Below, piece by piece: positions 44,784 to 49,168 of a stretch of 49,168 nucleotides of DNA. Position 1 is the first letter of the stretch. Each line of letters opens with the position of its first letter. The stretch is from a virus. Lineage: Duplodnaviria > Caudoviricetes. Location: positions 1 through 49,168 of the IMG/VR virus record IMGVR_UViG_3300037419_000207; one strand, given 5' to 3'. The translations under genes were made by a program, and so were the position numbers. The notes beneath the pieces were generated by a model that worked only from the letters and a program-made list of their open reading frames with translations, ran no database searches and was not told the DNA's origin.

Positions 44784-45653
44784 CTAGACGATGCCCAGTT
44801 CCCGTAGCTTATCGGTTACCAGCGTGTCAAGGTCACCAGCTCGACCTCGGAACGAGGGCAGGAACACCGAGCCTTCGGCGTATTCCCGAAGGTCATCCTT
44901 CCCCCAGCACACGCAGCCGTATCCGTGGCCGATATTCAGCGGAGAATGCCATTCCTTCGGAATCATGTGCATTGCCGCGAACCCCAGACCCCGGAGGAAC
45001 CCCGGGTGTGTGAACGCGAACACCACCTGACCCGGGTCGAGCATTTCACCGGGAGACTTGATTTTCGTCCGCACCCGCGCGGTGTACTCGGTGTCTGTAG
45101 GCCCTTCATTCCCGTAAGGGGAGTTTTCCCGGATAAGGAAGTCGGCCCACAGCTCGACCTGAAAACCGATCTTCTCGATAGCGAACACCAACGCGACCAC
45201 CTGTAGGCCACGCTGGCGAATCGCCTCGACTTCCGTCGAACCTGCGGTGGTAACCGAAATAACCAGGCTGATAATCCGGCCAGCGCGCGGCGTATCAACC
45301 ATGTGGTAATTAATCATGTTCTCCGGCTCACCGGACAAGTACCGGGCAACGTCCACGTCTGCCCCGGACACGTCGTAGTAGCTGAAAAACGCGGGCATGT
45401 CGATTTCACGCTCGATAGTCGCAACCTTCTGGTTCGCGATATCCATAGCCTCTACACCGTCACCGGGCATACCGTTAAGCGCCAGCGGAAAAAGCTTCTC
45501 CATCGAACGTGCACCGTAGAACTTGCCACCGTCGCGCTTCATCTGGTTATTTCGAAAGTCGATAATATCCTGTCGGTCCTGTACCGCCTCGACCATATCT
45601 GCCATCGAATCGAACACGACGTTAGCGCGTTTGCCTTCGACCTCTACTCGCAT
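44784..45653 (-). CDS. Hypothetical protein, possible vWA-like partner of the AAA+ ATPase
   Basis: 'DVSGADVDVARYLSGEPENM' followed by a degenerate MIDAS-like strand; next to a CobS/MoxR-type ATPase. Confidence 0.6.
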   Translation of the reverse strand: MRVEVEGKRANVVFDSMADMVEAVQDRQDIIDFRNNQMKRDGGKFYGARSMEKLFPLALNGMPGDGVEAMDIANQKVATIEREIDMPAFFSYYDVSGADVDVARYLSGEPENMINYHMVDTPRAGRIISLVISVTTAGSTEVEAIRQRGLQVVALVFAIEKIGFQVELWADFLIRENSPYGNEGPTDTEYTARVRTKIKSPGEMLDPGQVVFAFTHPGFLRGLGFAAMHMIPKEWHSPLNIGHGYGCVCWGKDDLREYAEGSVFLPSFRGRAGDLDTLVTDKLRELGIV

Positions 45654-45674
45654 TGTTTTTCCCTTCTAGTGATC

Positions 45675-45708
45675 CAGCAGGAAGCACGGATTACCGTGCT
45701 CCCCGCTG
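45675..45708 (-). other. Long intergenic hairpin
   Basis: CAGCGGGGAGCACGG-TAAT-CCGTGCTTCCTGCTG. Confidence 0.65.
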
Positions 45709-45714
45709 AAACTT

Positions 45715-45819
45715 CTAGCGGGCTGCGGGTGCTTTCCCACCCTTCCACGCCTTACCGTTCGGGCGGTCCGCGTTGCGGACACCCTTCTTCGGCTTAGCGT
45801 GCTTACGCTTCTGAGTCAT
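45715..45819 (-). CDS. Very basic 34-aa peptide (MTQKRKHAKPKKGVRNADRPNGKAWKGGKAPAAR)
   Basis: GAGAGGA RBS; fills the gap. Confidence 0.6.
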   Translation of the reverse strand: MTQKRKHAKPKKGVRNADRPNGKAWKGGKAPAAR

Positions 45820-45833
45820 GCTTAGGTCCTCTC

Positions 45834-47057
45834 TTAGCCGTTCAGCTTGTTCCACGTGGACTCATCCAAGCCACGCTTAAGCCGTGCGTCCGAAGCCGCC
45901 TCCCAGTTCATGCCAGCGGCCAGCAATCGACCCATACCTACAGACGCGCGAGGCGACACAACCACGTTCAAACCGTGCTTATCCGCGTTCTTACGCATCT
46001 TCCGGACCGTCCCAAGAATCCGTCGCTGTAGCGACGTCTCCACGCCTGTAGCGGCAACCAGAGCCGATTCCAACGCTTCGTCAATCTCGATGGTGATCAT
46101 GGTGAACCGGTCGAGAGTGGCAGCGTCGATAGCCTGTCGACCGACGTAAGCGCGAGTAGCACCACGGCCGTAAGTGTTGGCCGAAGCGACCACCCGGAAA
46201 TCGTCGTGACGCTTAACCATCTGGTCCGGGAAAGCCATGTGGCCGTTCGCCAACGCAGCGTTAATCACGGCCAGAACCGACGGGTGTGCGTTGTCCACCT
46301 CATCGAAGTGAAACAGCCCACCGTTTTCATACGCTTCACGGAAAAGCGTGCGGACGTATTCGCCCTGAGCCTGCATATACCCGATGATCTGGCTAGCCGG
46401 GGTCTGAGGCGAAAGCGAGATGGAGTACGAAGCCAACCCGAGCGATTCCGCCGCTTGCTCCGCAATGGTGGACTTACCGGTTCCGGCCGGACCAACCATC
46501 ATGACGTGTTCACCGGCCATCACGGCGGTAGTCACGTCTGCGAGCTGAGCGTGAGTGTTGCCTTTAACCTCTCGCTTAACGCCATCTTTGATAACCACGG
46601 TCTTAGTCGGGTAGACCACGCCGTTGACGACTTCACGGCAAATCCGCTCGACTTCGGCCCGGTCAATCTTCGGCGAGAGCAACGCTTGCAGCGCTTCAAG
46701 CGCCTGAGCGGCGTCGGGGGTGGACTGTTTAGCCTTCGGCTCGGCAGCGAGGATAGACACGGGTTCTTCTTTCTTCGGGGGCGGTGTGAAAAAGTCTGTA
46801 GCCCGTTCGTGAAGGGCTTTGAGCCGGTCTTCAACCTCAGCGTCGGTCACGTCGGCTTTGGTCTCGACCTTGCCCTTACGGCACTCGTGCCGAAGCCCCG
46901 ACTTCTCGATAAGCACGAACGATCCGTTAGCCCCGTTGCACTGGGGGCACTCTTGACCGTTCGGCTTGTCGGTGTCGTGAGCCCAATACAGCTCGCTAGA
47001 GCCGCAATGCTTGCACGGCTTGCGGACGGTTCGTTGCGAGTGTTTAACCAGTGACAT
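45834..47057 (-). CDS. AAA+ ATPase (CobS/MoxR/AAA_5-like) with N-terminal Zn-ribbon
   Basis: GPAGTGKS, FHFDEVD, ASANT, DAATLDRF, VSPRA; CxxC pairs at the N-terminus. Confidence 0.9.
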   Translation of the reverse strand: MSLVKHSQRTVRKPCKHCGSSELYWAHDTDKPNGQECPQCNGANGSFVLIEKSGLRHECRKGKVETKADVTDAEVEDRLKALHERATDFFTPPPKKEEPVSILAAEPKAKQSTPDAAQALEALQALLSPKIDRAEVERICREVVNGVVYPTKTVVIKDGVKREVKGNTHAQLADVTTAVMAGEHVMMVGPAGTGKSTIAEQAAESLGLASYSISLSPQTPASQIIGYMQAQGEYVRTLFREAYENGGLFHFDEVDNAHPSVLAVINAALANGHMAFPDQMVKRHDDFRVVASANTYGRGATRAYVGRQAIDAATLDRFTMITIEIDEALESALVAATGVETSLQRRILGTVRKMRKNADKHGLNVVVSPRASVGMGRLLAAGMNWEAASDARLKRGLDESTWNKLNG

Positions 47058-47235
47058 TCTCGACTCCTGAGCCATTGTCAAGTTTGCTACGAAAGTAAGA
47101 AGACTTTGCGGCTCGCTTACGCGAGGAAGCGGTTCCGCCGTGTGCAATGGTTCCGATCGTTTTCGGAAGCGTGGTAACGCCCAGCGCATCGCGGTAAGCC
47201 TGGTCTTTCGGGTTGACGTAATTTCGTACGGACAA
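47044..47235 (-). CDS. Small basic hypothetical protein
   Basis: AAAGGAAA RBS then TTG. Confidence 0.55.
   Translation of the reverse strand: MSVRNYVNPKDQAYRDALGVTTLPKTIGTIAHGGTASSRKRAAKSSYFRSKLDNGSGVENVTG
47068..47082 (-). promoter_or_regulatory. Stoperator-like repressor site
   Basis: CTTGACAATGGCTCA just upstream of the AAA+ start. Confidence 0.8.
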
Positions 47236-47264
47236 GTTGTTTCCTTTGTTCGGGAAAGAATCAG

Positions 47265-47390
47265 TGGTGGGTCGGCTAGGGCTCGAACCTAGAACCGCGC
47301 GTCCGCTGCTTTGCCTGGGATTACGTGTATTAGCCGTGCGGCATCTATTCCGCATTACGCCCACACGCTTATCACTTAAGCTACCGACCC
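47265..47390 (-). ncRNA. tRNA-like RNA with a ~50-nt expansion in place of the anticodon loop
   Basis: GGGTCGG/CCGACCC-A-CCA acceptor, GCTT/AAGC D arm, CTAGG-TTCGAGC-CCTAG T arm; 126 nt in total. Confidence 0.8.
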
Positions 47391-47393
47391 TAG

Positions 47394-47467
47394 TGGGATG
47401 CCAGGGAATCGAACCCTGAACCCGCGAGTTAAAAGCTCGCTGCTCTATCCGTTTGAGCTAGCATCCC
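47394..47467 (-). tRNA. tRNA-Lys(TTT)
   Basis: GGGATGC/GCATCCC-A; GCGAG-CT TTT AA-CTCGC. Confidence 0.92.
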
Positions 47468-47541
47468 AGAGCCCCGAATTATTTAGCTATTGCTCGCTGG
47501 GGCGCACGAGCACCACCGACACTAGTAATCGGTGGCTGGTC

Positions 47542-47751
47542 TTATCGAGAAGCGATGCTCTCTACATCCTTTTCCGCTTCTTCAGCGGTGGCGTAGTCGT
47601 TACCAGTGACATAGGTGTCATCAGCAAGCCACATCAGATACTCCCACGAACACTCATCTTGGTTGTAATAAACAACTGCTTTCGCACCGTTCGACTCGAA
47701 AACGCGGTGGTGGCCCGAATCGTCGCGCCATTCCCACTCTTCATTACCCAT
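47542..47751 (-). CDS. Acidic early hypothetical protein
   Basis: GAGGG RBS; ends 'YATAEEAEKDVE'. Confidence 0.7.
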   Translation of the reverse strand: MGNEEWEWRDDSGHHRVFESNGAKAVVYYNQDECSWEYLMWLADDTYVTGNDYATAEEAEKDVESIASR

Positions 47752-47780
47752 TTCGCTACCCCTCGGTTGTTGTTTTGAAG

Positions 47781-47859
47781 TGCTGCTAGCGGGAATCGCA
47801 CCCGGTTGGACCGGGACAAGTCGACCGGTCCGGAACTCTGACAGTTCCTAGCAACAGCA
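47781..47859 (-). ncRNA. Cloverleaf tRNA-like element in the early leader
   Basis: TGCTGTTG/TAGCAGCA, GGAACT/AGTTCC, GGACCGG/CCGGTCC and CGGG-TGCGATT-CCCG arms. Confidence 0.55.
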
Positions 47860-48051
47860 CCCTATCGCCGGTTCCGGAATCCTCAGATGACTTCCGGTAG
47901 AAGCTTGGACCAGCGACGGTTGTGCGGTCCCGAAGTGTCGTAGCATCTCTGGCCCCTGAGGGCTTGTCCGGCCACTTCGGTTGTCTCGCGGAGAGTTCGA
48001 AGAACTTCCCGCTTGGCCTCCGGGGCGTTCCCCGTTGGCCTGACATGAAGA

Positions 48052-48082
48052 ACATTAGGTTCCGGAGTGAGCCAATGTCAAG
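48052..48082 (-). promoter_or_regulatory. Early leftward promoter (Pleft-like) with overlapping operator
   Basis: TTGACA (48081-76), 18 nt, TAATGT (48057-52); perfect CTTGACATTGGCTCA. Confidence 0.85.
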
Positions 48083-48115
48083 ACGATATTGTAATGACTT
48101 TTGTTCCAGCAGGTC

Positions 48116-48130
48116 AGAGCCATTGTCAAG
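48116..48130 (-). promoter_or_regulatory. Second repressor site upstream of Pleft
   Basis: CTTGACAATGGCTCT. Confidence 0.75.
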
Positions 48131-48340
48131 ATAGTTTCGAGCCGTTGCGGGGCTCAGAATCGGGTCTCTCGCGTGCGCGTACACGCGCGTACGTGCGTAG
48201 ACCTAGAGAACTAAATACAGTGACCTCCGTCACAATCTGGTATCGCTCGGAAAATTGTGACCCTTAGTTATATAGAGGGAGTGAGGGAGGTACGAAGTAC
48301 CGACCGAGCGACCGAACAGAGCTGCGACAGCAGCGACCAG

Positions 48341-48669
48341 AGAGCGAGCTACAGGCTCGCGATCAGAGACGTACCGAAGCCCCAGAGCGTAGGTACGGCT
48401 CGGTAGTCAGTTACTACTATCGCGAAGCCCTTAAGGCTTCGCTCTACTAGGCGGAATAATTATGGTTAATGACCTTCTACAGGTACTCAACGATCTACTT
48501 GACATCTTCCGTGTAGTGGTTCCGTACTTCACTACTCGGTAATACACGCGAGCCTTAAGGGCTCGCTCAGTCTTTGGTGTACGTAGACTTGCGTTGCATT
48601 GTGATTAATGAGGTCACTACACCAAACGCGGATTAGAAATCCGCTCTCGCCGAAGCCTTAAAGCTTCGG
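48341..48669. repeat. Dispersed related palindromes (CGA(A)GCCTTAAG-type)
   Basis: GCGAAGCCCTTAAGGCTTCGC (~48422), GCGAGCCTTAAGGGCTCGC (~48548), CCGAAGCCTTAAAGCTTCGG (48650), GCGAGCTACAGGCTCGC (~48344). Confidence 0.65.
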
Positions 48670-48764
48670 CATGGATTGCGTAGGTTATTCCCCAACGACG
48701 TAAGTCCACATCGTGGCAACTGGGTTGAGTAACCTACGCTTTTATTCTTTTAAGGTTATTGATT

Positions 48765-49055
48765 ATGGCTGTGGCTAAGTCACGCAGTGGACTAGACCAC
48801 CGTGCATATCGACGTACTACCAAACGCCTACGCGCTACTAGCGCTACGTGCTGGATTTGCCGTAACCCGATTGACCGTACGTTGCCGTATACGCATCCTG
48901 AGTCGTGGACAGCAGACCACGTAAAGCCACGCTCTAAAGGTGGCAACCTAACCGATATAACCAACCTTCGAGCTGCACACCGTTCGTGCAACTCGCGTCG
49001 CGGTAATCGAGAGTCGACTACTGCGGACACGATGCCGACTACTCGCGTGTGGTGA
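48765..49055 (+). CDS. HNH endonuclease (terminase-associated type)
   Basis: CWIC, TADHVKPRSKGG and NLRAAHRSCNSRRG; next to the genome end. Confidence 0.9.
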   Translation: MAVAKSRSGLDHRAYRRTTKRLRATSATCWICRNPIDRTLPYTHPESWTADHVKPRSKGGNLTDITNLRAAHRSCNSRRGNRESTTADTMPTTRVW

Positions 49056-49168
49056 GCGCGGAGGTCGTACCACAAAATCCCGAGAAAAAAAGTCTTGATT
49101 TCCGCTTGACATTCCGGCTCGGGTGTGAGCCCAGGGGGTCAACCCTCCCACCCCTGGCGCGGGCCTCT

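Noticed and set aside
47265-47390. tmRNA or group I intron-containing tRNA
   Set aside because: Far too short, no G3:U70, has a full D arm, no tag ORF or recognisable P7 core

Overview
The window looks like a complete ~49 kb temperate actinobacteriophage genome (siphovirus) with an L5/Bxb1 (cluster A)-like layout. The LGFP-repeat lysin suggests a mycolata host such as Nocardia, Rhodococcus or Gordonia, but the host cannot be fixed from sequence. The left arm (+) carries a secreted cutinase/PE-PPE-like hydrolase, an array of 22 canonical tRNAs plus one aberrant tRNA, head and tail genes (with a -1 frameshifted tail chaperone), and a lysis cassette among the minor tail genes. The centre holds small promoter-gene-terminator cassettes, an XRE regulator, and a serine integrase with a candidate attP. 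The right arm (-) carries dCMP deaminase, Pol I, ThyX, NrdJ, a phosphoesterase/RDF, a split primase, Endo VII, a DnaB-like helicase, a Cas4-like exonuclease, an L5 gp71-like repressor and an AAA+/vWA-like pair. A polar CTTGACAWTGGCTCA stoperator-like motif recurs throughout. The most striking observations: (1) a 52-nt hairpin-forming, frame-breaking insertion in the conserved L5 gp28-like minor tail gene, suggesting bypassing, recoding or splicing; (2) several non-canonical tRNA-like RNAs, one with a ~50-nt expanded anticodon arm that is short-range complementary to both borders of that insertion; (3) tRNAs for all 20 amino acids in a small temperate phage. All calls are by-eye motif recognition; no database searches were run.
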